Shown here in pieces: positions 1-10,188 of a stretch of 56,882 nucleotides of DNA (the first letter of the stretch is position 1; each line of letters opens with the position of its first letter). The stretch lies in IMG/VR virus record IMGVR_UViG_3300007514_000698, positions 1-56,882 of that record; one strand, written 5' to 3'. This DNA is from a virus. Its lineage: Duplodnaviria; Caudoviricetes. The translations under genes and the position numbers were made by a program. A model generated the notes under the pieces. That model searched no databases. It saw only the letters and a program-made list of their open reading frames with translations, and was not told the DNA's origin.

Positions 1-52
1 CTTGCAAAGATGCATTTGTTTAATGTTGTATAATGATAGAGGACATTACATT

Positions 53-910
53 ATGAAAAAAGTATATGATTTAATGATTTGTGATGATGGTACTACTCGA
101 GCAGTTGAGGTAGTCAATGGTGTTATGGTTGACCCAACTAAGGGTAAACCGAAAGTAGAAGAAAAAGAAGAAAAGAAAGAAAAACCAAAGGTAAATATTC
201 AACAAAGAATCAGGGAACAAGTTGAAGATTTTGTATCTGGTATTGAAGGTAAGATTGACGATTTTATCAATAGTGATTTTAAAATGAAATACGATTGTTA
301 TACCCATTTACAGGATATGGGTTGTAAATCAGTCCATGCAAGGAAAATGCGTGAACTGTATATGACATTGTACAATGAAAGTGTAGATGTTTTCAATGGT
401 GAGGATGATTACTTAAATGAAGCATTTGGTCATCTTAAACCAAAGTATCAAGAAAAGATGATGCACTTCTTTGGAATTATTATTGATGATATTGATCGTC
501 TTATTAAGAACGCAACTGCACAGAGAAAACCTAGAAAGAAAAAGGAACAATCTGCAACTCGACTTATTAAGAATTTGAAGTATCAACTGGAACATCCAGA
601 CCTTAAACTTGTTAGTATCAATGCAGAAAAGATTGTTGGTGCAAGTGAGTTATGGGTGTATAATACAAAGTATAACCGTTTAGGTGTCTATTATGCACAG
701 AATACGGTTAGAGGTCTTAGTGTTAAAGGTTGTACGATATTACACTTTGACGAAGAAACCTCAATGCAAAAAACGGCGAGGAAACCAGATGAAGCATTGA
801 GTAGTCTTAACAAACGATCTTTGCGGAAATCATTGAAAGAGATGAAAACGAAAGATCAATCTATGACAGGGAGAATTAACTCTCAAACTATATTATTAGG
901 AGCTTTTTAA
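53..910 (+). CDS. conserved T4-like phage hypothetical protein
   Basis: Long ORF. ATG at 53 follows GAGGA; the C-terminal half (IVGASELWVYNTK...GRIN) resembles proteins common in marine T4-like phages. Confidence 0.6.
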   Translation: MKKVYDLMICDDGTTRAVEVVNGVMVDPTKGKPKVEEKEEKKEKPKVNIQQRIREQVEDFVSGIEGKIDDFINSDFKMKYDCYTHLQDMGCKSVHARKMRELYMTLYNESVDVFNGEDDYLNEAFGHLKPKYQEKMMHFFGIIIDDIDRLIKNATAQRKPRKKKEQSATRLIKNLKYQLEHPDLKLVSINAEKIVGASELWVYNTKYNRLGVYYAQNTVRGLSVKGCTILHFDEETSMQKTARKPDEALSSLNKRSLRKSLKEMKTKDQSMTGRINSQTILLGAF

Positions 911-1177
911 ATGAATATGATTAAGAATTTTATTATTATTGTACAGTTTTTTATTATCTTTTCTTTGATGGTACAGAAACCAGAGAACTTAAATGTTCTT
1001 GTACATGATGCTGCTACTGCGAAGAACATGGTTATAGATGGTGCGGATTATTTGCATGAAACTTTTGATCGTGAATTCGAGGTACATACGGACGAAGAAT
1101 TCAAAAAGGAACATGGAGATCAAGTTTCTATGTTAGATGACAATACTATTCAAGAATGGACATTCTATGAAAAGTAA
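911..1177 (+). CDS. hypothetical protein with N-terminal hydrophobic segment
   Basis: ORF abutting its neighbours; hydrophobic N-terminus. Confidence 0.5.
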   Translation: MNMIKNFIIIVQFFIIFSLMVQKPENLNVLVHDAATAKNMVIDGADYLHETFDREFEVHTDEEFKKEHGDQVSMLDDNTIQEWTFYEK

Positions 1178-1628
1178 GTTTATTCGGGCGCATTTGGAAG
1201 TTGCGAGAATATACGGTGAATTATCTACCGCAGACAGACTCAAGGTAGGTTGTATCATTGTAAAGGATGATAGGATTATTTCTATCGGATATAATGGTAT
1301 GCCTTCTGGTGGTTCAAATGTTTGCGAAGAAAACAATGTTACAAAACCAGAGGTACTCCATGCGGAGGCCAATGCAATTACTAAACTTGCAAAGTCAACA
1401 GAGTCGGGTGATGATTCTTATATGTTTTGTACATATGCACCTTGCGTTGATTGTGCAAAGTTAATAATGCAATCTGGTATTAAAGAATTTCATTATGAAC
1501 ATAGGTATAAGAATAGTGATGGTTTGGACTTGTTACAAGAATATACCGATATTAAAATAGTGAAATACACAGATTATGAATCTAAAGTGGGGTATAGTTA
1601 TGACGAAGAAGCGGGAGATATTGGTTGA
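1167..1628 (+). CDS. cd: dCMP deaminase
   Basis: KVGCIIV, IGYNGMP, HAEANAI and PCVDC zinc-deaminase motifs. ORF track starts at 1137; 1167 is the more likely start. Confidence 0.93.
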   Translation: MKSKFIRAHLEVARIYGELSTADRLKVGCIIVKDDRIISIGYNGMPSGGSNVCEENNVTKPEVLHAEANAITKLAKSTESGDDSYMFCTYAPCVDCAKLIMQSGIKEFHYEHRYKNSDGLDLLQEYTDIKIVKYTDYESKVGYSYDEEAGDIG

Positions 1629-1866
1629 GGGTTTGAAACGTAATGTTATTAAAGTAACATTTACGAAGGTAAACGGTGAAGAACGTGTTATGAATTGTAC
1701 TTTGCATCAATCGGTTTTACCAGAAAAATACATTAGTGAAGATATTATTAAGAAAAAAGAAAATCCTGATGTTTTATCAGTATGGGATATTGATAAAAAT
1801 GGATGGAGAAGTTTTCGTTTAGATTCTGTTAAAGAGATAAAAGTTCTTGAGGGTGTATTGACATGA
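1600..1866 (+). CDS. WYL/Sm-like SH3-fold phage protein
   Basis: VTFTKVNGEERVMNCTL...VWDIDKNGWRSFR pattern typical of this T4-like family. Confidence 0.75.
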   Translation: MTKKREILVEGLKRNVIKVTFTKVNGEERVMNCTLHQSVLPEKYISEDIIKKKENPDVLSVWDIDKNGWRSFRLDSVKEIKVLEGVLT

Positions 1867-2720
1867 TTTTGCTTGATTTTTCAAATATAATAATCGGTAG
1901 TATTATGATTGCACATAAAACTAGCGATCAAGATACGGTGTCCGAAGATTTCATTCGACATTTGGTATTGAATAGTATCAGAAATTATCGTGTGAAGTAT
2001 CGTGCAAAATATGGAGAAATTGTCATTTGTACCGATTTCTTATCAAGCTGGAGAAAAGATGAATTTCCGTATTATAAAGCAAATCGGAAGAAAGTGCGTG
2101 AAAAACAGCAAACTCAAGATGGTATGGATTGGAAGGAACTATTTTCCATCATTAATCAGATCATTGAGGAAATAGATGAGTATTTTCCATATAAGGTGAT
2201 TTCTGTACCTCATGCTGAGGGAGATGATATTATCGCTGTTTTGAGTAAATATATTGATGAAAAGAGTATAATTATCAGTTCTGATAAGGATTTTTCGCAA
2301 TTACAGAAGTTTAAAACGATAAAACAATACTCTCCTATACAAAAAAAGATGATTACTACGTCTGACCCTTATAAATACCTCAAAGAACATATTATTAGAG
2401 GTGATAAAGGAGATGGTATTCCGAACATTCTTTCAGAGGATGCTTGCATAGTTGAGGGTGTTAGACAGAAACCAATATCTAAGAAAAAGGTAGCAGTTTG
2501 GATGAATGAACCTGATATGATAAATACTGATCCTAAGTGGAAAAGGAATCAAAAGTTGATTGATTTTGAGTATATTCCCAAAGATATTGTTGATGCGATT
2601 ATGAGAGAATACACTAAGACTAAAGATAAAGGGAATGGATTACCTGGCCGATTTACCTCATACTTTGTTAAGAACAAATTGAATTATTTAATGGAACATA
2701 AGGGGGATTTTATTCTATGA
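1863..2720 (+). CDS. rnh: T4-type RNase H / 5'-3' flap exonuclease
   Basis: MILLDFS, YKANR, EGDDII, SSDKDF, GDKGDGIPN motifs. Confidence 0.93.
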   Translation: MILLDFSNIIIGSIMIAHKTSDQDTVSEDFIRHLVLNSIRNYRVKYRAKYGEIVICTDFLSSWRKDEFPYYKANRKKVREKQQTQDGMDWKELFSIINQIIEEIDEYFPYKVISVPHAEGDDIIAVLSKYIDEKSIIISSDKDFSQLQKFKTIKQYSPIQKKMITTSDPYKYLKEHIIRGDKGDGIPNILSEDACIVEGVRQKPISKKKVAVWMNEPDMINTDPKWKRNQKLIDFEYIPKDIVDAIMREYTKTKDKGNGLPGRFTSYFVKNKLNYLMEHKGDFIL

Positions 2721-3151
2721 CTGAATACATGAGTGAGATATTTGCGAGAATTAATAATGCAAAGAGTCGAAAACAGAAAAAAGAAATATTGGAATCGGTT
2801 GCGGATAATAATATTTTCAGATTTATATTACAAGGTACATTTGACCCTAGTATAGAATGGAATATTACAAAGTTACCGAAGTACACACCTAGTAATGATA
2901 AACCGATTGATCTACATGAGTTGAATTTGAATGAGTCTGTTCCTAAATGTTCTATATTTGTTAAAGGACATAAACGGTCAGAAAATATAAGTGAGTCAAA
3001 AACTAAAGAATTAGTAATACAGATATTAGAGACAATGCATGAGGACGAATCACTAATTTTTAGTGGTATGTTAAAAAAGAAAATCAAATGTAAAGGATTA
3101 ACGGAAAAACTAGTTCTAGAGGTTTTCCCTGACTTATATAGAAAGGTATGA
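2717..3151 (+). CDS. conserved T4-like hypothetical protein (often downstream of rnh)
   Basis: FDPSIEW...IQILETMHEDE...KGLT...FP pattern; synteny. Confidence 0.6.
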   Translation: MTEYMSEIFARINNAKSRKQKKEILESVADNNIFRFILQGTFDPSIEWNITKLPKYTPSNDKPIDLHELNLNESVPKCSIFVKGHKRSENISESKTKELVIQILETMHEDESLIFSGMLKKKIKCKGLTEKLVLEVFPDLYRKV

Positions 3152-3154
3152 GTA

Positions 3155-3457
3155 ATGGACATTCAAACTGTATTGAACATTCAAATTTCTAAAAGAAAGA
3201 AAACAAAGAAAAATGCAAATGTTCTTGAAGGTTTCAAACAGAAATATATAAAAGTCGAGCTTGAAGATAATGGTGTAGATCATGTCTTTGATTTAAAATG
3301 GAATGGTTTTATGTATGAAGGACAATTCCTTGATATGGTTATGACTTGTGATTATAAAGTTGAAAGAGACTTTTCCGCAGTTAAGACTAAACAAGGTAGA
3401 ATTGAATCGGGTGTTCCAGTAGTTCTGGAAAGAAAGAAATCGGGATACCCTAAATAA
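3155..3457 (+). CDS. hypothetical protein
   Basis: ORF in operon context. Confidence 0.5.
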   Translation: MDIQTVLNIQISKRKKTKKNANVLEGFKQKYIKVELEDNGVDHVFDLKWNGFMYEGQFLDMVMTCDYKVERDFSAVKTKQGRIESGVPVVLERKKSGYPK

Positions 3458-3473
3458 CTCTATAGGGGGGGAT

Positions 3474-3872
3474 ATGACAAAAGATAATATTGTAATTCGT
3501 ACCCTGAGAGAAAACCTACATAAAAAAGAATATATAGAAACTACTAAACATCTTGTTACAAGATGGCATAACATTTTAAATCGGGAAGTATTTAATCACA
3601 GAATACATCCTTTTAAACATATAGAGATTAAAAGAAAACAAGGTTGTCATGCAGAACATATCGGGGAAACAGATGACCGTGATTATCTTTTCGGAACATT
3701 ATCTATCGCAGACCGATTTGAAAACAAATCTTACTTTATCTACACACTTGCACATGAAATGGTGCATCAATGGCAATGGATGCATTTATACAAAACAGAT
3801 CATGGGAGTACGTTTATGAAGTGGAAAAGTAAGTTAGAGAAATTCGAGATACCATTGGGGGTAAGTATATAA
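3474..3872 (+). CDS. SprT-like zinc metalloprotease
   Basis: TLAHEMVH (HExxH) followed by HGSTF. Confidence 0.85.
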   Translation: MTKDNIVIRTLRENLHKKEYIETTKHLVTRWHNILNREVFNHRIHPFKHIEIKRKQGCHAEHIGETDDRDYLFGTLSIADRFENKSYFIYTLAHEMVHQWQWMHLYKTDHGSTFMKWKSKLEKFEIPLGVSI

Positions 3873-4135
3873 TGCCTTTATACGATTATGAGTGTCAACT
3901 ATGTGAACATTCTTTTGAAGAATTCCGAACTATTGCAGAGATGGATATTCCTTTGGAGAATCCTTGTCCTGATTGTAAAAAGGGAGAAGTTAAAAGAATT
4001 ATAGGTTCTACCCGATTATCCGATCCTACATTATTAGAATCGTCTAAGGGTAGGGTTAAACCAACTTCCGAATTTAGGGAAGTGATGACTAGGATAAAGA
4101 AAAATCATCCTTCATCAAACTTTGAGGTAAGATAA
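3872..4135 (+). CDS. FmdB-family zinc-ribbon protein
   Basis: MPLYDYECQLC...CPDC. Confidence 0.85.
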   Translation: MPLYDYECQLCEHSFEEFRTIAEMDIPLENPCPDCKKGEVKRIIGSTRLSDPTLLESSKGRVKPTSEFREVMTRIKKNHPSSNFEVR

Positions 4136-4137
4136 AG

Positions 4138-4473
4138 ATGAAAAAACTGATATTTATCGGCTTGTGTTTATTATTTTTACTAGGTAATAAACCAACTACA
4201 GCCAAGCAACATGAGACAACAGTTCCATTATCCGAGATTTTGTTATATTGTAACACACCTGATTTTATCAAGGAAATGGCGGAAAACGATTATATGTTGG
4301 GATTAGCTGCAAGTGGTGTCGTTAATGACGACAGACATAGAACTTTACTATCTATGGAAATCCTAATGAATCCTAATAATAAACAATGGGCTATTATTTT
4401 TAATTACGCAAAGGGTAATTTATCTTGCATAATCGGGGGTAATAATATAAAGTTGTTCAAGCCCAAAACCTAA
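4138..4473 (+). CDS. secreted hypothetical protein
   Basis: MKK plus hydrophobic signal peptide; Cys residues that could form a disulfide. Confidence 0.55.
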   Translation: MKKLIFIGLCLLFLLGNKPTTAKQHETTVPLSEILLYCNTPDFIKEMAENDYMLGLAASGVVNDDRHRTLLSMEILMNPNNKQWAIIFNYAKGNLSCIIGGNNIKLFKPKT

Positions 4474-4541
4474 AACATAAAGAAGCCTCGTTTGCAAAGT
4501 ACGATCAAGGAAATGCAAGCTGAGATTTAAAGGAGCTTAGA

Positions 4542-5651
4542 ATGTTAAACTTAAAAAGAAATATATTATGTGTATTTTTATTTCTTTACTTGGGTGTAAC
4601 TAATATTTATGCAGAACATACTCATAAAACAAGTATCGTTAAGAAAATCCTTCCATCTGTAGTAGAAGTAATTGCGGAAAAGGATATGGAAAAACTTGAT
4701 AAGGTTTTTACAACGAAACCGAATCAACGTCAAGGGGGATTCAAATTTAGGAATCAACCTCAACAACAACCTAATCCTAGACAACAACCGCAAAGGAGAG
4801 ATGGTGATCCTAAAAAAGAACCAACACATCTTGGTTCGGGATTTGTCGTTAGTCCAACAGGTCATGTTATAACTAACGCACACGTTATAAGTAATTGTAT
4901 TGATCTTTGTTTAAAGATTACAGTTGTTTTTCATAATGAGGAATCACATGAAGCAAAATTAATAAATTATGATGAAGATTCCGATATTGCACTATTAAAG
5001 ATTATTGATACTACAAAGAACTTTGACTATTTAAAGTGGGGAAAGAAACCAGAATTAGGTGGTGATGTAATTGCGATTGGTTCACCTATGAATCAATCTT
5101 TTACAGTTACTACAGGAATCGTATCTTCTCTTGATCGGTTCGTTCCGATGGCCGCATCATTTGTTCCGTTCATTCAGACAGATACTGCTATAAATCCTGG
5201 CAATTCTGGTGGGCCATTATTTAATGAAAATGGAGAAGTTATTGGTATTAATACTATGATTATAACAGGTAGTGGTGGTGCAGGAGCAGGTAGTATTGGT
5301 ATTGGATTTGCGATTGATGGAACGTATGCACAGTCAGTAATTGAAAAATTATATCTAGGTCATAAGATAGAAAGACCTTTTCTTGGAATCATGTATCGTC
5401 CAGTTGAAACTAAGGATTATAGAGATTCCAAACACGGTTACGGTGCATATGTACAAGAGATCGTAAAAGATAGTCCTGCTTTTGGTGTTATCAAAGTAGG
5501 TGATATTATTTTAAAAGTTGATGGTGAGGAAGTTAAATGGAAAATGCTCGCATCAATCGTTAAAATGAAAACTATCGGTGATACTTTAAAATTAGAAATC
5601 TTGAGAGATGGTATGCATATACCATTGGAAATGATATTAAAAGGTAAATAA
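4542..5651 (+). CDS. degP: HtrA/DegP-family serine protease with one PDZ domain
   Basis: Signal peptide; TNAHV, DIALL and GNSGGPL catalytic triad; C-terminal PDZ (FLGI...GDIILKVDG). Confidence 0.9.
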   Translation: MLNLKRNILCVFLFLYLGVTNIYAEHTHKTSIVKKILPSVVEVIAEKDMEKLDKVFTTKPNQRQGGFKFRNQPQQQPNPRQQPQRRDGDPKKEPTHLGSGFVVSPTGHVITNAHVISNCIDLCLKITVVFHNEESHEAKLINYDEDSDIALLKIIDTTKNFDYLKWGKKPELGGDVIAIGSPMNQSFTVTTGIVSSLDRFVPMAASFVPFIQTDTAINPGNSGGPLFNENGEVIGINTMIITGSGGAGAGSIGIGFAIDGTYAQSVIEKLYLGHKIERPFLGIMYRPVETKDYRDSKHGYGAYVQEIVKDSPAFGVIKVGDIILKVDGEEVKWKMLASIVKMKTIGDTLKLEILRDGMHIPLEMILKGK

Positions 5652-6358
5652 TGAATAAAAAAGTGAAGAAGAAATTTCATCATTTAAACGATATTAATGA
5701 AAATGGATATGAACCATCTATCAGAGATGAGATAGATGGAAAGAGGGTGTATATCACACCAGCTGGTGATACATACCCATCTATAACCTCAATCCTCGGC
5801 AGTCAGTCAAAGCCGGGGATTGGGGAATGGAGAAAAAGAGTTGGTGCAATAGAAGCAAATAGAATTATACAAGATTCCAGTAAATTAGGAACTGCGGTAC
5901 ATGATCTTTGCGAGAGGTACTTATATAATAATCTCCAACCTACCTTCCAACCAGACCATCCCGAAGCGATTGAGGTGTTTAATCGTCTTAGGTTCAAATT
6001 ATCAAATATTCAAAACATATATGGGTTAGAACTTCCTTTGCATAGTGATATGTTAAAAGTTGCTGGAACTGCGGATTGCGTTGCAGAATATAACGGTGTT
6101 CTTTCAGTCATTGATTTCAAAACTTCACGCAAGTCCAAGAGAGAAGATTGGATTGAAGATTATTATATACAAACCATGTTTTATGCAGCTGCATTTTTTG
6201 AAATGACAGGTGCATTACCAGAACAAGTTGTAATATTAATTGCGGTTCGGGACTCAACTGAAGTTCAAGTTTTTACTAAACCAATTCGAGAAATTGATAC
6301 TTATATGGACAAGCTTTTAACTATTATGAAAGCAAATCCACAAGTTTTACAGCAATAG
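5651..6358 (+). CDS. PD-(D/E)XK (Cas4/RecB-like) phage exonuclease
   Basis: YPSITSIL, GTAVH, AGTADC, IDFKTS motifs. Confidence 0.85.
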   Translation: MNKKVKKKFHHLNDINENGYEPSIRDEIDGKRVYITPAGDTYPSITSILGSQSKPGIGEWRKRVGAIEANRIIQDSSKLGTAVHDLCERYLYNNLQPTFQPDHPEAIEVFNRLRFKLSNIQNIYGLELPLHSDMLKVAGTADCVAEYNGVLSVIDFKTSRKSKREDWIEDYYIQTMFYAAAFFEMTGALPEQVVILIAVRDSTEVQVFTKPIREIDTYMDKLLTIMKANPQVLQQ

Positions 6359-6362
6359 TTCC

Positions 6363-6391
6363 TTACATTTTAGTAGTTTTTTTGGTATTCT
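6363..6391 (+). promoter_or_regulatory. sigma70-like promoter (TTACAT-N17-TATTCT)
   Basis: Intergenic; extended -10 TG; 17-bp spacer. Confidence 0.6.
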
Positions 6392-6397
6392 ATATTG

Positions 6398-7516
6398 ATG
6401 ATGATACTTGACAAAAAAGATTCTATTGATGTTGCGTTGAAAATAATTGATTATTTCAAGGACTTCAAACGTATTGATGATTATTTTCGTGAACGGAAAA
6501 TAGAGAGAGTTAAAGACATTCCTCTACCTCTGCCTGGTATGGGTAGTATTGAGGATGAAATGTTTCAAGATTATACAATGCATCCAATGGAGATGAACTT
6601 CCAAGTATGTCAAATTCCTTTAATCAATTTCGATACCATGTTGGAAAAGACCGCATCTTTTTCACCAGACGAAAATCCTGGCAAAACATTAAAACTAGTA
6701 GTAAAGGAAACCAACACTAATACAGTCGTTGGTTTTATTCGTTTTGGTTCACCTTTAATTAATTCTAAACCACGCAACGATTTTCTTGGTGGTGTACCTG
6801 ATCTGGATATATTTAACAAACGTGCGATAATGGGATTTAATATTGTTCCAGTACAACCATTTGGATTTAATTATCTAGGGGGTAAGTTACTTGCATCTAT
6901 TTGTTGTTCCCATGCATCTAGAAAAATGTTAAATAAGAAATACGATACAGAGTTTTGTTTGTTTGAAACTACATCTTTATATGGAAACATAAAGGGTGGA
7001 AGTATGTATGATGGTATGAAACCTTATTTAAGATATAAGGGTGATACTGAATCAAAGTTCCTATTGACGTTAGGTGAGGAAATATACAAAGAGTTGAAGG
7101 ATTGGTTTACTGATAGGAATGATGGAGAGGAATTAATACATAAGGGAGCATCTAGTAGAAAATTGAAGATGCAAACTAAAATGGTTGGTATTGTGAAATC
7201 TTCACTAAAGAAACACGATACTAAAGCATATGATATGTTTGTTAAATGCATGGAAGATGCAACTGGTGTTACTACACAAAAAAGATTTTATATGAGTGAG
7301 TATGGTTATCGTAATGTAAAGGATGTTTTGTTAGGTAAGACAGATAAGTTAGAGGTATCTGATAATTTTGAGAAGTATGAATTCGAGAATGTGATTAAGT
7401 GGTGGAAGAAATATGCAACTAAAAGATATGATAAGTTAGTTAAAGAGAATAGGTTGCGTACTAAGTTAGAAGTTTGGAATTCAAAAACCATGAAGGAGAT
7501 TGATATAATAAGATGA
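6398..7516 (+). CDS. DUF4338 / Druantia DruA-like protein
   Basis: PFGFNYLGGKLLA and ETTSLYG resemble DruA-family motifs (recalled, not searched). Confidence 0.55.
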   Translation: MMILDKKDSIDVALKIIDYFKDFKRIDDYFRERKIERVKDIPLPLPGMGSIEDEMFQDYTMHPMEMNFQVCQIPLINFDTMLEKTASFSPDENPGKTLKLVVKETNTNTVVGFIRFGSPLINSKPRNDFLGGVPDLDIFNKRAIMGFNIVPVQPFGFNYLGGKLLASICCSHASRKMLNKKYDTEFCLFETTSLYGNIKGGSMYDGMKPYLRYKGDTESKFLLTLGEEIYKELKDWFTDRNDGEELIHKGASSRKLKMQTKMVGIVKSSLKKHDTKAYDMFVKCMEDATGVTTQKRFYMSEYGYRNVKDVLLGKTDKLEVSDNFEKYEFENVIKWWKKYATKRYDKLVKENRLRTKLEVWNSKTMKEIDIIR

Positions 7517-8058
7517 AACAAGTAAATAAAAAACAAATTAATGAGTGGGGTGGTGATTTTTCTGATAGAAAGAATAACTTTGATGATAGTCCTGATGTTA
7601 GGGCATTTATTAAACATACTCTAAATGATACGAAATTGCAACAATATCTATTAAATTACATACCAGATGGTATAGCTTGTAAATGGCAATATCATCCAGA
7701 CGATAAATATGGAATTGATGTTGCGTTGGTAGATGAAACAGGTAAAAAACATTTACTTATTGATTTAGAAAGATGGAAACAATGGGATGATGAATGGCCT
7801 GATAAGTATAAGTATATCTCTTTTCTTGCAAGAAAAAGTCATTTCTTAGAAGAAACTGTACCATTCCTTATGGTATTCATGTCGAATAGACTTAATAAAC
7901 TTCTCATAGTGGATAAAGAATCAATAAAAAAATATAAGATAGTTGATAAGGATTTTGTGAAATGGGGTAAAAAGGATAAGGTAAGAAAGTTGGAATTTAA
8001 TGAAGGTAATTTATTTGGAACTAATACTACTGATCTAGAAAGAAATCTTTTCGGATGA
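7513..8058 (+). CDS. hypothetical protein, possible restriction-endonuclease-like fold
   Basis: YGIDVALVD...LIDLER could be a D...(D/E)xx catalytic pattern. Confidence 0.4.
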   Translation: MKQVNKKQINEWGGDFSDRKNNFDDSPDVRAFIKHTLNDTKLQQYLLNYIPDGIACKWQYHPDDKYGIDVALVDETGKKHLLIDLERWKQWDDEWPDKYKYISFLARKSHFLEETVPFLMVFMSNRLNKLLIVDKESIKKYKIVDKDFVKWGKKDKVRKLEFNEGNLFGTNTTDLERNLFG

Positions 8059-9038
8059 AAATTACTATTGCAAGATTACGTTCAAACGTAAAATATAATG
8101 GGCCATTAGAAACCGTATTGGATAGTTTTTTTGAGAACTATGTAAGATGGATGAATAACAATCCACAATATGAATATGATACTTATAATGTTTCCTTTTA
8201 TAGTGATGATAGACCCAAGAGAACTCCCGAATCAATTAAAGATGCAGATGTAATAGTAATCCCTAGTGATTCAGAATTTCGTTATCATGGGGAATTGCAA
8301 ATGAATCCAAAAGACCTTGCGAAGTCTGAATCTCATATAGATAATATAAGACCATATTTTGAAGGTAAGAAGGTTATTATGTGGAGATCGGATAGAGGTG
8401 ATACCGAAGAATTATATAGGACAGAAACTTTAAAGGGTGTTGATTTAGATTCATTTCATACTATTGATGAAATAGATTTCTCAGGAAATATTCATGGTAT
8501 GAAATATCATTTTATACAGACCCTAACAAACCCTCTTGCAGATATGATGGGTAATGAAAAAACTATTGATTTTGCGTATTGGGGTAGAATGAAACACGGA
8601 CACGATAGAGAAAAAACTATTCGTAAAATTTATAGGGATAAAGATATTTCCACAGTATTAGTTGGTGGATTTCCTTCTGGTGTAAAGAGACAGTCTGCAT
8701 GGATTAAAGATTGGAAACAATTATATCCAATGTTGAAACCTGCTAGATGTACTTTGTGTTTTAATTGGTTAGACCCAAAAGCTACTACCTCTAGGTATCC
8801 CGAAGCTTTATCTATTGGTATGGTGCCGTTTGTTTGGAGAGATTATGATAGCAATAATACATATAACATTGATTCATGGCAAAGAGTAAATACCTTTGAG
8901 GAATTTAAGGATAAGGTCATGTCTTTGGATGATTCAAAGGTTGACGAGTATAGAGAGAATTATAAGAAAGTTTTACTTTCAGAGGATCAATATTATGAAA
9001 AGTTTAGTGAAATGATGGATGGATTTTTAAATGATTGA
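8055..9038 (+). CDS. T4 beta-glucosyltransferase-like (GT-B) DNA glycosyltransferase
   Basis: KTIDFAYWGR...DREK and TSRYPEALS...DYD...RVNTFEEFKDKV align by eye with T4 beta-GT segments (KTLDVIYGG...QRES; TLRVWET...VNNRAELIDRV). Confidence 0.65.
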   Translation: MKITIARLRSNVKYNGPLETVLDSFFENYVRWMNNNPQYEYDTYNVSFYSDDRPKRTPESIKDADVIVIPSDSEFRYHGELQMNPKDLAKSESHIDNIRPYFEGKKVIMWRSDRGDTEELYRTETLKGVDLDSFHTIDEIDFSGNIHGMKYHFIQTLTNPLADMMGNEKTIDFAYWGRMKHGHDREKTIRKIYRDKDISTVLVGGFPSGVKRQSAWIKDWKQLYPMLKPARCTLCFNWLDPKATTSRYPEALSIGMVPFVWRDYDSNNTYNIDSWQRVNTFEEFKDKVMSLDDSKVDEYRENYKKVLLSEDQYYEKFSEMMDGFLND

Positions 9039-9810
9039 TAGAATTTATATTCCAACTTTAGGTAGAAGTCATAATCAAATTACATTTGACAATATGACAA
9101 AGAACGCACAAGAAATAACTCGACTTGTGGTACAACCTAAAGAACAAGATTTATATCCAAATTATCCAATAATTGTTTTACCTGACAATGATATTGGAAT
9201 TACTGCAACTAGACGTTGGATATATAATTACGCAAGATGTCAAAAATATGGTGTTTTTGATGATGATCTTAAATTTATTGAAAGAACACCTAATGGGGAG
9301 AAATCTAAGAAACCAGTAGATTCGGATGGTTGGGATTACCTTATAAATACTACAAGTGATTGGTTAGATGATTTCCCTTTTTCTGGATTTCGTCAAGGAA
9401 ATTTGCCACCTACAGGAGTTGAGTATATAGATTCTGCTGCTGTTAATTGTGGTTTCTTTTTCAATGATAATTTATTACCAAGTGATGAAGAACTTGATTG
9501 GTCATTACCTGTATGTGAAGATATACATATGGTTTTACAGTTCTTTAAAATGGGTTTCAATAATCGTGTATGGGATCGGTTTGGGTATATAAGTAAAATA
9601 TTAGTAGAGGGTGGATGTAATGAATGGAGAACTTTAGAACTTATTAATGATACACACGCAAAACTTATTGAGATGTACCCTAATTATGTTTCATGGAATG
9701 GGATTAGAGAAAACGTAATGGGTGGTGATTTTAAAAAGATTAAGATAAAATGGAAAAAGATGTTTACTGATAATCAAGGTTCTACATTAGAGAATTTTAT
9801 AGGGGAATAG
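9031..9810 (+). CDS. GT-A glycosyltransferase (TET-associated / beta-alpha-glucosyltransferase-like)
   Basis: IYIPTLGR, FDDDL (DxD), CEDIHMVLQ, GGC motifs. Confidence 0.75.
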   Translation: MIDRIYIPTLGRSHNQITFDNMTKNAQEITRLVVQPKEQDLYPNYPIIVLPDNDIGITATRRWIYNYARCQKYGVFDDDLKFIERTPNGEKSKKPVDSDGWDYLINTTSDWLDDFPFSGFRQGNLPPTGVEYIDSAAVNCGFFFNDNLLPSDEELDWSLPVCEDIHMVLQFFKMGFNNRVWDRFGYISKILVEGGCNEWRTLELINDTHAKLIEMYPNYVSWNGIRENVMGGDFKKIKIKWKKMFTDNQGSTLENFIGE

Positions 9811-9812
9811 AT

Positions 9813-10184
9813 ATGGCAGATAAACAAGAAGTAAATATTTCAGATTATGATGAATTTGATTTTGGATTTTCAACTGTTGATGAAGCAGAGGTTGAAGAAT
9901 TTGAATCAAAAGTTCGATCAAAAGTTGCGGAAGAAAGTGCAAGTATCTCAAATGATCTTGAACAAAAGATTAATAAACTTTTAGAAATAAGAAGTGGTGA
10001 TACTTCTAAAGTGCAAGAATTGGAAAAGAAACGTAAGGATGACTTAATAAATGTAGAAAAGATCATTATGCCATTATTGAGGAATCTACAAAAGAATCCT
10101 GACGACATCTATATAAAATGGCCAAATAGGAAGGATGTAATCGAAAAACAAATAAAAAAGATTGTCGCAATTACTAGGAGTTAA
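9813..10184 (+). CDS. conserved phage hypothetical protein
   Basis: FDFGFS...IMPLLRNLQKNP..YIKWPNR, a pattern common in marine T4-like phages. Confidence 0.6.
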   Translation: MADKQEVNISDYDEFDFGFSTVDEAEVEEFESKVRSKVAEESASISNDLEQKINKLLEIRSGDTSKVQELEKKRKDDLINVEKIIMPLLRNLQKNPDDIYIKWPNRKDVIEKQIKKIVAITRS

Positions 10185-10188
10185 TCTT

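Noticed and set aside
4710-4830. Q/P-rich repeat in degP
   Set aside because: Corresponds to the variable low-complexity loop of HtrA proteases; not a DNA repeat element.
5651-6358. Cas4-like nuclease as part of a CRISPR system
   Set aside because: No cas genes or array nearby; this exonuclease type is routine in T4-like phages.
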